Shown piece after piece: positions 1-9,500 of a stretch of DNA of 64,000 nt. The notes beneath the pieces were generated by a model that searched no databases, had not been told where the DNA came from, and saw nothing but the letters and a program-made list of their open reading frames with translations. Source of the DNA: Endomicrobiia bacterium (lineage in GTDB: Bacteria > Elusimicrobiota > Endomicrobiia > DTEH01); contig JBCNUU010000006.1 in NCBI GenBank assembly GCA_039630545.1, forward strand, positions 39,949 to 103,948. The letters run 5' to 3'. How positions within the stretch are numbered: position 1 is the first letter of the stretch; each line of letters starts with the position of its first letter. The translations under genes and the position numbers were made by a program.

Positions 1-673
1 GATTATCATACAGTTCAATTGGTTTATCTACTTGCTGAATAACACCGTCTTTCATTACACAGATCTTATCCCCTAAAGTCATAGCTTCTACTTGATCATG
101 TGTAACATATATTATTGTTGTTTGAAGACGTTCATGTAATTTTTTAAGCTCGGCACGCATTTGAACTCTTAATTTAGCATCTAAATTTGAAAGTGGCTCA
201 TCAAACAAAAATACTTTCGGTTTTCTTACTATTGCTCTACCAACAGCAACACGCTGTCTCTGGCCACCTGAAAGTTCTTTAGGATATCTATTAAGTAAAT
301 GTGAAATACCTAAAATTTCAGCAGCTTCTTTTACTCTCATATCTATTTCATGTTTAGAATACCCACGAATTTTTAAACCAAAAGCCATATTGTCATACAC
401 TTTCATATGAGGATACAAAGCATAGTTTTGAAAAACCATAGCTATATCCCTGTCTTTCGGATGAAGGTTGTTTACAACTTTATCGTCAATATAGATTTTT
501 CCTTCTGTAATTTCTTCAAGTCCAGCAATCATTCTTAAAGTTGTTGTTTTTCCACATCCCGATGGTCCTACAAGCACAGCGAATTCTTTATCTTTTATTT
601 CTAAATTAATTCTTTTTACAACTTCATGATTACCAAACCTCTTTGTAACATTTTCTAAAACAACTTTTGCCAT
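1..673 (-). CDS. Sugar ABC transporter ATP-binding subunit (MalK/UgpC/MsmX family), 3' end outside window
   Basis: Manual translation [14 protein letters not shown]...GPSGCGKTT...[11 protein letters not shown]...LSGGQRQR...FDEPLSNLD...YVTHDQ; GGAGGAG SD upstream. Confidence 0.93.
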   Translation of the reverse strand, partial: MAKVVLENVTKRFGNHEVVKRINLEIKDKEFAVLVGPSGCGKTTTLRMIAGLEEITEGKIYIDDKVVNNLHPKDRDIAMVFQNYALYPHMKVYDNMAFGLKIRGYSKHEIDMRVKEAAEILGISHLLNRYPKELSGGQRQRVAVGRAIVRKPKVFLFDEPLSNLDAKLRVQMRAELKKLHERLQTTIIYVTHDQVEAMTLGDKICVMKDGVIQQVDKPIELYDN

Positions 674-704
674 ACTTTCTCCTCCGTTGGTTTTAAGACT
701 AAAA

Positions 705-780
705 CGGGCTCGACGGGATTTGAACCCGCGATCTCTGGCTTGACAGGCCAGCGTGTTGAACCAGGCTACACCACGAGCCC
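705..780 (-). tRNA. tRNA-Asp(GTC)
   Basis: Cloverleaf GGGCTCG...CT GTC AA...GGTTCAAATCC...CGAGCCCG; CCA not encoded. Confidence 0.96.
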
Positions 781-793
781 ACCACCCAAAATA

Positions 794-865
794 TGGGCGG
801 TAGAGGATTTGAACCTCTGACCTTCCGGGTGTAAACCGGGCGCTCTCCCGCTGAGCTAACCGCCC
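794..865 (-). tRNA. tRNA-Val(TAC)
   Basis: GGGCGGT-TAGCTCAG...TT TAC AC...GGTTCAAATCC...ACCGCCCA. Confidence 0.96.
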
Positions 866-899
866 TTGTTATTTAATCAATCAAATAAAAACTTTCCTG

Positions 900-974
900 G
901 GTGGTTGACGGGACTTGAACCCGCAACAACCTGGGCCACAGCCAGGTGCTCTATCCAGTTGAGCTACAACCACC
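900..974 (-). tRNA. tRNA-His(GTG), encoded G-1 and C73
   Basis: G-GTGGTTG-TAGCTCAA...CT GTG GC...GGTTCAAGTCC...CAACCAC-C. Confidence 0.95.
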
Positions 975-1002
975 ACAAAACAAACCTTTTTCAAATTCAA
1001 AA

Positions 1003-1076
<74 letters not shown>

Positions 1077-1083
1077 ATTAAAA

Positions 1084-1156
1084 TGAGCCCGGAGAGATTC
1101 GAACTCTCGACACCCGGCTTAAAAGGCCGGTGCTCTACCGACTGAGCTACGGGCCC
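1084..1156 (-). tRNA. tRNA-Lys(TTT)
   Basis: GGGCCCG-TAGCTCAG...CT TTT AA...AGTTCGAATCT...CGGGCTCA. Confidence 0.96.
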
Positions 1157-1179
1157 TTTTTTTATCAAAATTTTTACTC

Positions 1180-1251
1180 AGCCGGCGAAGGGATTTGAAC
1201 CCCCGACCTGACGCTTACAAGGCGCCTGCTCTACCACTGAGCTACGCCGGC
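1180..1251 (-). tRNA. tRNA-Thr(TGT)
   Basis: GCCGGCG-TAGCTCAG...CT TGT AA...GGTTCAAATCC...CGCCGGCT. Confidence 0.96.
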
Positions 1252-1267
1252 ATTTTTTGAAAAAATA

Positions 1268-1296
1268 AAAATATAAAAATGAATTCTAAAAGTCAA
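1268..1296 (-). promoter_or_regulatory. Putative sigma70 promoter of the tRNA cluster
   Basis: TTGACT-17 nt-TATTTT just upstream of tRNA-Thr. Confidence 0.5.
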
Positions 1297-1299
1297 TAA

Positions 1300-2583
1300 T
1301 TATTCTCTAAAATCAAATTCTACATCTGAGATTATAACTTTATCTCCTTCTTTTATTCCCTTTTCTTTTAGAAATTTTTCTATCTTCAATTTTTTAAATA
1401 TTTTCTGAAGACGCGCAATACTTTCTTCGGAATTAAAATCTGTCATTTTTACCAAATCTTCTAATTTTTTATTCTTAATTATAAATTTGTTACCTGCTTT
1501 CTCTATCACAAACTCATCTTCGTATTTATATATTTTCTGCTCCTCTGAAATTTCTATTTCAACTTCTGTATTTTTTAATTTTTCTAACATATTACAAATC
1601 TTTTTTATTAATTCTTTAAGACCTTCTCTTTTTAAAGCAGAAATTGCTAAAATTGTATACTCTGACTTTATTTTTTGTTTTAATTTTCTTATCAGCTGAT
1701 TTTTGACATTCTCAGGGATCATATCAATTTTATTCAAAACTACTATCATTGGTTTTTTCGCAAGTTTTTCAGAATAATTTTTAAGTTCTTTCATAATTAT
1801 TTTATAATTTTTATATATCTCATTTTCATCAGCACTACTTACATCAATCAAATGAATAAGCATTTTTGTTCTTTCAATATGTCTTAAAAATTCAACTCCC
1901 AGTCCTTTACCTTTATGAGCATCTTCTATAATACCAGGAATATCTGCTATTACAAACTTTTTGTCAGAATATACCAATGTCCCTAAATTTGGTGACAATG
2001 TAGTAAAAGGATAATCTGCAATTTTAGGTTTAGCAGGTGTCAAAACAGCTAAAAGTGTAGACTTTCCTGCATTAGGAAGTCCAACTATTCCAACATCAGC
2101 TATAAGCTTTAGTTCTAAAATTAAAGTAACTTTTTGAGACGGTTGGCCTAATTCAGCTATTTTGGGCGCACGATTAGTTGAGGATTTAAAATCAGCATTG
2201 CCTCTTCCGCCTCTACCACCTTCTGCAACTAATACTGTATCATATGGTTTTACTAAATCTTTAAGAAAAATTTTATTCTGGTTTTCATCTAATTTATATA
2301 CAACTGTCCCGCAAGGAACATCTATATAAAGATCTTTCCCATCTTTACCATACATATTTTTACCCTTACCATGCTGCCCGTCTTCTGCTTTAAAATGGGG
2401 TTTTAAAGTAAAGTCATAAAGAGTAGTAATATTGGGGTTAGCTCTTAAGTAAACATCTCCACCTTTTCCGCCTCTTCCACCATCAGGTCCACCAAAAGGT
2501 ACAAACTTTTCTCTTCTAAAACTTACACAACCATTACCTCCTTTTCCTGATTCTACATATATTTTTACTCTGTCAATAAACAT
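1300..2583 (-). CDS. obgE: GTPase ObgE/CgtA with C-terminal OCT domain
   Basis: MFIDRVKI...GGPDGG Obg fold; GLPNAGKS, YPFTT, DIPG, NKID motifs. Confidence 0.98.
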   Translation of the reverse strand: MFIDRVKIYVESGKGGNGCVSFRREKFVPFGGPDGGRGGKGGDVYLRANPNITTLYDFTLKPHFKAEDGQHGKGKNMYGKDGKDLYIDVPCGTVVYKLDENQNKIFLKDLVKPYDTVLVAEGGRGGRGNADFKSSTNRAPKIAELGQPSQKVTLILELKLIADVGIVGLPNAGKSTLLAVLTPAKPKIADYPFTTLSPNLGTLVYSDKKFVIADIPGIIEDAHKGKGLGVEFLRHIERTKMLIHLIDVSSADENEIYKNYKIIMKELKNYSEKLAKKPMIVVLNKIDMIPENVKNQLIRKLKQKIKSEYTILAISALKREGLKELIKKICNMLEKLKNTEVEIEISEEQKIYKYEDEFVIEKAGNKFIIKNKKLEDLVKMTDFNSEESIARLQKIFKKLKIEKFLKEKGIKEGDKVIISDVEFDFRE

Positions 2584-2590
2584 AATTTTA

Positions 2591-2827
2591 CTATAGAGGA
2601 TAAACCTCTACTATCTTTTTCTGTTTAGTAAGATTTTTAAAAATAACTTTACCAGTAATTTTTGAGTGAATAGTAAAATCTTTAGAAAGATAAGTATTTC
2701 TGCCAGCTAAAAACTTTGTCCCTCTTTGTTTTAAAATAATTTGTCCCGGTTTTACTATTTGTCCTTCATAAATTTTTACGCCAAGATATTTTGGATTACT
2801 ATCTCTTCCATTAACAACATGTGCCAT
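2591..2827 (-). CDS. rpmA: 50S ribosomal protein bL27 (short N-terminal tail)
   Basis: NGRDS..LGVK, QRGTK motifs; AGGAGG SD; directly upstream of obgE. Confidence 0.95.
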   Translation of the reverse strand: MAHVVNGRDSNPKYLGVKIYEGQIVKPGQIILKQRGTKFLAGRNTYLSKDFTIHSKITGKVIFKNLTKQKKIVEVYPL

Positions 2828-2845
2828 TTGGTTGCTTCCTCCTTT

Positions 2846-3979
2846 CTATTCAATTATAGTCTTATCATAGTTTAATATCTGAGAACTACCTTCTTCTGAA
2901 AACCATAAAAATTTGTTATCTATATAAAAACTTGAAATGTTTTTGTTTGCCAAAAAACTTAATTTAAAAGAATTTGATATTTCTTTGAGTCCTTTAAGCA
3001 TATAAAGATTATAATCATTATCTAAAATCCATATTTTGTTTTTATAAGAAGACGCATAAATTGTATTTTTTATCAGATAAGAAAATTTTTCTACAATTCT
3101 ATTTAAATCTTTATCATAAAGTATGACTTCTTTGGCTTTATTATTAAACACTAAAATATTTCCTCTATAAGCTACAATACATATTGGCTCAATTTGAGAT
3201 AAATCAAGTACTTTAAGCAAAATATTTTTATTTTTTATTATCGCATATTTGTAAATTTTTTTATTCCAGCCATCTAAAATATACAAAAAATTAGATATAA
3301 AACAAACAGAAGTAGGTACTATATTATCTTTAGCAAATTTAAAAGAAGTTACCAATAATAAAAAATCACCTTTCATTTTATAAAATGCTACTTCTTGAGA
3401 AGACCAACTGCTTAATACAAGTTTATTATCAATTTTATTTATAGAGGAAATAGTTTCTAATGTAGTGTCATAGATCTTTGGGATTGGAATTTTTTCTTTT
3501 GAAATAAAATTTTTATAAAAAAATAAAACACCCACACTAACAACAAAAATTCCACCAAAAATAAATAAAAAATTTTTTATTTGAAAATTTAATTTAAAAC
3601 CTAAAGATTGAAGATGTTGGATTTCTGCTTCATGAGATTTAACAATCTGTAGATTATCAACTGGCATTTGAGAAGAGATTGTTTTGTTTTCTTTTGAAAG
3701 AATACTTATTTTTGTTAACAGCTCATTTAAATTTTTTTGAGCCTCAAAATATCTTGGATTGAGCCTGAGTGCTTTTTCAAATTCCATCCTTGCTTCTTCT
3801 AAAAAACCCTTTTTCGCTAGAGCTTTTCCTAAAGAGTTATGAACATCTGCGTAGTCAGCTCCATATTCTATTGCTTTTTTATATTCCTCTATGGCTATAT
3901 CTAACTCTCCAGTAGCTTCAAAAACTCTTCCACGATAATAATGCCTCATCGCATCAAATGAAACATCATATTTAGACAT
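2846..3979 (-). CDS. TPR-repeat membrane protein with C-terminal beta-propeller-like region
   Basis: N-terminal TPRs (YADVHNSLG...ALRLNPRY), central hydrophobic helix, beta-rich C-terminus. Confidence 0.7.
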   Translation of the reverse strand: MSKYDVSFDAMRHYYRGRVFEATGELDIAIEEYKKAIEYGADYADVHNSLGKALAKKGFLEEARMEFEKALRLNPRYFEAQKNLNELLTKISILSKENKTISSQMPVDNLQIVKSHEAEIQHLQSLGFKLNFQIKNFLFIFGGIFVVSVGVLFFYKNFISKEKIPIPKIYDTTLETISSINKIDNKLVLSSWSSQEVAFYKMKGDFLLLVTSFKFAKDNIVPTSVCFISNFLYILDGWNKKIYKYAIIKNKNILLKVLDLSQIEPICIVAYRGNILVFNNKAKEVILYDKDLNRIVEKFSYLIKNTIYASSYKNKIWILDNDYNLYMLKGLKEISNSFKLSFLANKNISSFYIDNKFLWFSEEGSSQILNYDKTIIE

Positions 3980-3991
3980 AAGTTTTTCTCC

Positions 3992-5164
3992 TTAAGCTGG
4001 AAATTCTAAAGTTACAACTGTTCCTTTATTAAATACAGAGGTTATATCTATTTTAGCATCGAATAATTTTAAATACCACTTTGCTTTAAACAATCCTATA
4101 CCAAAATGTCCCTGTTCAAATTTTGTGGTAAAAAACAATTCAAAAACTTTTGGCAATAAATGTTCAGGTATTCCACAACCATTATCTTCTATCATTATTC
4201 TTTTAGACAACTCAGAGGAATATAACCTGATAGTTATTCTGTTGCCTGTAAGCTGTAAAAATGCTTCTAATGAATTTTGAATTATCTCAGAAATAATATC
4301 TATTAAAATTTGAAAATCTGCTTCTACAATAAACTCTACATCTGGCGACAAAATTTCTTGTACAACTTCTACATTTTTAAAAGAAATTTCATTTTGAAAT
4401 TTATTTAAAACAGAAACTAAAACTGATTTTAAATCTACTTTCTGGATATTTATAGCAGTTGGAGGTTTTAAGCGTTCAGATGCAGTACGAATTATATCTC
4501 TTATTCTATATATCTCTTTCTGTACTAATGAAATTTTTTTAAAAGAAGGATGGCCATCTATTTCATCTTTTACTAAATTAAAAGCTTCATCTATGATTCC
4601 AATTGGGTTTCTAAAATATCTTAAACATTCATTCATACAAGTAGTCAACAATTTCATATGTGACAACACATACTCAATTTTATCCTGTTTTATGACTTCT
4701 TTAAGAGATTTTTCTTTTTTAGAAATGCTTTCTATTTCATTTTTTAAATTTTTATTTTCTGCCTCAAGTTCTGTTATTTTTTTTATAAGTTCTAAAAAAG
4801 ATTTATCCTGTTGAACAGACAAAGCTGAAACTTTAGCTATCTGTTGTTCTTGTGTAGATTTAATTTGTTCATATTTTGCAATTATGTCTTCCATTTCTTT
4901 TTGTAATTTTTGAATTATTTTCTCTTTTTCTTGTAGAATTGTTTCATAACCTTTTTTTATTGTTTCAAGTAACATATTTTGAACTTCAGAGAAAAAAGAT
5001 GGAGATACAACGCCAGATGATATAATCTGTGGTTGAATATTTAAAATTTGTGTTGAGATGTTATCTTTTTTATTTTGTATTTCTTCAGTAAGTTTTTTTA
5101 TTCTTTCACGAATTTTTGTTATTTTTTCTTTTTCTTGTTGTGATAGTTTTTCTAAATCTTTCAT
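3992..5164 (-). CDS. Coiled-coil histidine kinase-like ATPase (HATPase_c) lacking the H-box His
   Basis: N box EIIQNSLEA, G1 DNGCGI, F box FELFFTTK, G2 GIGL; H-box-like segment reads RYFRNP. Confidence 0.85.
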   Translation of the reverse strand: MKDLEKLSQQEKEKITKIRERIKKLTEEIQNKKDNISTQILNIQPQIISSGVVSPSFFSEVQNMLLETIKKGYETILQEKEKIIQKLQKEMEDIIAKYEQIKSTQEQQIAKVSALSVQQDKSFLELIKKITELEAENKNLKNEIESISKKEKSLKEVIKQDKIEYVLSHMKLLTTCMNECLRYFRNPIGIIDEAFNLVKDEIDGHPSFKKISLVQKEIYRIRDIIRTASERLKPPTAINIQKVDLKSVLVSVLNKFQNEISFKNVEVVQEILSPDVEFIVEADFQILIDIISEIIQNSLEAFLQLTGNRITIRLYSSELSKRIMIEDNGCGIPEHLLPKVFELFFTTKFEQGHFGIGLFKAKWYLKLFDAKIDITSVFNKGTVVTLEFPA

Positions 5165-5169
5165 AGGGT

Positions 5170-6516
5170 TTATGGTATCTCAAGCACACTTCCAGGAACT
5201 AATTGCCCCCTTATGATTTTTTCTTTGTTTGCTTCATAAATTTTTCTCCATTGGGAAGCATCTCCATAGTATTTTTCAGCTAATTTTGGTAAAGTGTCAC
5301 CCTCAACAACAGTATGATATCTTTTTTTGGGAATCGTAACAGGTTGTGGTTGTGATGGTTTTGGTTTTTCTTCAATTCTTTTTGTTTCGGCTTCTTTAAG
5401 TTTTTTTTCTAATTCTTCTATTTTTTTTAACAACTCCTCTTGAAGAAGTATTTGCTGAGACTGCAAAATTTGTGGTTGTTCTTTTTTTTCAACTTCTAAC
5501 TTAGAAGATAACATTTTAAGTTCTTCTTCAAGCTTTTGTTTTTCTAAAAGAAGTTTTTCATATTCTTTTTTTGAAATCTTTTCTTCTTCAACTTCTACAG
5601 GAAAAAATTTATAACTTAAAGAAATACACTGTTGTCCACCTGTGTCAATTTTATTTATCAAAGAAAACTTATAACCATAGTTAAATGTTATTCTAGAAGT
5701 ATATAAACCAAAACCTAAAGAAATACTGTTGTAATCTTTGTTTCCATAACATATACCAAAGGATGGAGTAAATTTTAATTTTTTGTTAAAGAATAACATC
5801 TTGTATTCAAACACTAAGGAGACAAAATAATCCGTCAAAGAAGAAAATTCAAATTTTATATCAGGTAGTATTTTTATATTTTTATAATTGTATCTATATC
5901 CAAAACTCATCCTTAATGGCATTTTCTCTTCAGTATATAAACCTATAGATGGCTGTAGTATATTGTCTATTGTAAATGCTCCTGTATGAATTTCATTAAA
6001 CATATATAAACTACCTAATGAAAATGAAAAATAAGATATTTCTTTACTTTTTAAAAATACAGGATTGTTTTTTATATACTCATCAAGAGTATAGGCTTCT
6101 TTGTCATATGTAAGCTTTAATCCAAAAGCTATCTTTGAGTTGATTTCTTTTAGTTGTCTACCGTAAGACAGCAGGATTTTGTTTTTAATGTACCAATCTG
6201 TAATTCCAAATTGATTAAATCCTAAACCTAAACTTCCACCCAGAAATTTCTGTGTAACTGCTAAACTATTATTAATAAATTTAGTTCCATCTGTCAAGTT
6301 AGGATAAATGAGGTTATAAGTAACAACCACTTCAGCTACTTTTATGTTCCATAAACCAGAAGGGTTTAAAAACATACATCCTGCTGAACCATCTTCAGCA
6401 GCTGGTTCTAACTTTCTTAAGTTCTCAGCAGAAAAATTTTCAGAAGGAGAATATCCACATAAAAAGTTGTAGATAAACAAAAAAACGACTATTATTGTTC
6501 TATTTAAATACTTCAT
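5170..6516 (-). CDS. Secreted PorP/PorV-like outer-membrane beta-barrel fused via coiled coil to a C-terminal LysM domain
   Basis: Signal peptide; NPSGL motif and alternating beta-strands; LysM YHTVVEGDTL..LAEKYYGD...IYEAN. Confidence 0.75.
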   Translation of the reverse strand: MKYLNRTIIVVFLFIYNFLCGYSPSENFSAENLRKLEPAAEDGSAGCMFLNPSGLWNIKVAEVVVTYNLIYPNLTDGTKFINNSLAVTQKFLGGSLGLGFNQFGITDWYIKNKILLSYGRQLKEINSKIAFGLKLTYDKEAYTLDEYIKNNPVFLKSKEISYFSFSLGSLYMFNEIHTGAFTIDNILQPSIGLYTEEKMPLRMSFGYRYNYKNIKILPDIKFEFSSLTDYFVSLVFEYKMLFFNKKLKFTPSFGICYGNKDYNSISLGFGLYTSRITFNYGYKFSLINKIDTGGQQCISLSYKFFPVEVEEEKISKKEYEKLLLEKQKLEEELKMLSSKLEVEKKEQPQILQSQQILLQEELLKKIEELEKKLKEAETKRIEEKPKPSQPQPVTIPKKRYHTVVEGDTLPKLAEKYYGDASQWRKIYEANKEKIIRGQLVPGSVLEIP

Positions 6517-9500
6517 TTTGCTACAATTATTGTCCCAGTAAATGTTTTATTACCAACTTTTATTTTATAAATATAAACACCTTTTGGCACAAAGTTTCCG
6601 TTGGTATCTTTCCCATCCCAGGTAAGTTCTACACCTTCTAATTTTAACCTGGCAATATATCTTAAGTTTAAATCATAAACTTCACCTTCAGGTGTAAACA
6701 AAGTAGGATTGAAAATCACAAAATGAATTTTGTTGTCTTGTGACGCTGTTGGTGTAAAGATTTTTTTTGGATAAATATTTGTAATCACAGGTTCTTGAGT
6801 TGAAATGACTTTTCTTACTACATATTCTCCTGTAGACCTTAAAGTACATCTCAAAATACTTTTTTGTTCATCATAAAAACTTGGAACAAGCACATATTCA
6901 ATATCATTATTAAAAAATACTAAAGGTTTTACTTTAACTAAATTTTTTTCTTCCACGAAATTATCGGATGAATAATCTTCATTTTCTTTCTGAAGAAAAA
7001 TTTCTAAGTTTATTGGCTGTTTAAACTTATAGGAGACAGGTTTATTATTTCTAACAAGTTCTAATTTATATTTCATAAATGTACTGAAATTAATACTTTC
7101 ATTTTCTTCAACAGGTACTGTTGTAATGTTAAGTTTATAGCCATAAAATGAAATTTCTTCTTCTACACCTTTTGGAATAACGATCTTCATTGTATCTAAA
7201 AAGGGAATAATTCTACTTCCCGAATTAAAGGAAGAAACTACATCTGACGGTAAACTTTCTATTCCAGTTTCTGTTACAACCTTTATTAAATAATAATAAG
7301 TGTTAAAATAAATATAGTCGGTAAATGTCGTAGCCGGAGTTGAGACAAATTTATAAAAAGACGAAGGGTTTAAAACACCTTCATAGTCCTGACTGCGATA
7401 AATGTTATAGCCTTTAATGTCGTCAGCTAAAGAACCATCTGTATATGTTTGCACTTTTTCCCATGATAAAATAAATCTATAATCAGGATTATCATAATTT
7501 ATTTTTTCTATTCTTGAAGGAATATTTATTACTCCTATAAAGAAAGTATTTTTAGTAGGTTCACTAAAAATATCTTCCTCATCTATTGCTATCACTTCAT
7601 AATAATATGTCATATTCTGTGTTAAGTTTATTTGGGGCTGATATGAATTAGATGAAACTTCTACATCAATTACTGGAGAATAAAGATTTTTATTGGAAAA
7701 AATTTTGAGTCTATATTTTTTAATGCTAGTGTTGGGTTCCGGGTGTGGTAAAGGTTCCCATTCAAAAACAGGTCTTCTTAATAAAATTTCTCCTTCGGGA
7801 TTTAAAATTTTTACACCTTGAGGTCTAAAATATGGCACATAAAAGCTTAAAACTGAAGAATCTCTCCACAGGCCTCTTTTATCATAAGCGCGTATTTTCC
7901 AATAATAAGTTGAATTCATTAAGAGCTTAAAATTGATTGTGTAGACAGTAACTGAAGATGAAACCACAATGGATGTTGTAATGTTTAGCTGAAAATTTTG
8001 TTTTGTTGAAAGTTTAATTTCATAATAGTTTATACCATCGTCTTTATCAAAACCTATCTCCCATATAAACTGAGGCTTTCTTGTAAAAACTGTACTTGAC
8101 GGGGAAAATATTCCAAATGGTTCTGGTGGATCGTTTTGGGAGTCAATGAATAAATAATTAGTTGTAGATATTTTTTGACTAACTTGATTTTTAGCAACTA
8201 CATACCAGAAATATGTTGTGTTTTCTTTTAAGGTTGAAGTAGAATATGAAATAGGTTGTAGTTCTTTGTAGTTTTCATAAGGACCTAAAAAAAATTCTAC
8301 TTTATTGGGTGGTTTTCCTAGTTCACCTATGTATAACTCATACGTTATCTGTTTCCACCACTCTGTAATATTTGCGGGTGCCCAAATTAGATTTAAAGGT
8401 TGTGTTGCCCGAGTAAAAGTATAGGATGAACCTGGACTAAGTAGATAAATATCATCGGGAGGATCATCCTGTAGGTCTACTATAAACATGTAAGATGAAA
8501 TGCTTTTTGTATAGTTTGATTTTGTATCATAAGCTTCAACCCACCAGTAGTAGGCTGCATTTTCTTTTAATTTTGATAAATCTATATTATAACTTAAAGT
8601 TGTACTTCCTAAAATAACTATATATGTTGAATCACCTACTATATAGCTTTCTGCTGATGAAATTACTACTTTATATTGTTCTACATAATCCTTTGGATCA
8701 GAGTCATAACTTTGTTGCCAGCTTAAATTTATATATCTTTCTTTTATTACTCCAGAAGTGATATTGAGATAAAAACTTTTTGGATTTTCTTCATAAAAAT
8801 TTACCCAGAAAGAACCAATAGTAGAACTTGAAATCCCTCCATAGTTATCATAAGCCACCACCTGCCAGAAATATTGAGTGTTTTCTTTAAAATCAAAAAA
8901 GATTTCTGCCTCTATAGTTTCTCCTATTTGTTTTCCTATGTTTGTTCCGGCAGAAAATTTTTCATAAACAGAAAAATTTTGAAAACTTGAAATATATAAA
9001 GTATAGTATAATATATCTCTATCCAAATCTCCATTGTTTTTAAACTTAAATTTAAAAGAAGATAAAACTATTTCATCATTTAAAGGATATACTAATTCAA
9101 AATTGTTTGGATCAAAATTTGTAGTTTGAAAATAAAATGTAGAGTAGGGTGTCTCAAAATTTCCAAATTTATCATAAGCTTTTACATACCAGTAATAAGT
9201 GGTCCTAGGATGCAGATCAAAATTTAAAATAAATTTTGTATCTGAAGAATAAAAAGTATAATAAGAAGAAAAATTAGCAAAACTGCTTATTATAATTACA
9301 TAACTTGAAACAAAAGAATCATAGTTGTCTGGATCGTATACTTGTTCCCAGTAAAATGTTGGTCTAAAAGTTTTAATTCCTGATGCAAAAGGATGACTTA
9401 TGCTTACTCCAGGAGACAAAAGATTAAACTTTAATGGCCTCTGGTTTGAAACTATAAATCTTCCGGTACTTAAAGCGACACCATATGGTTTTACTAAGTA

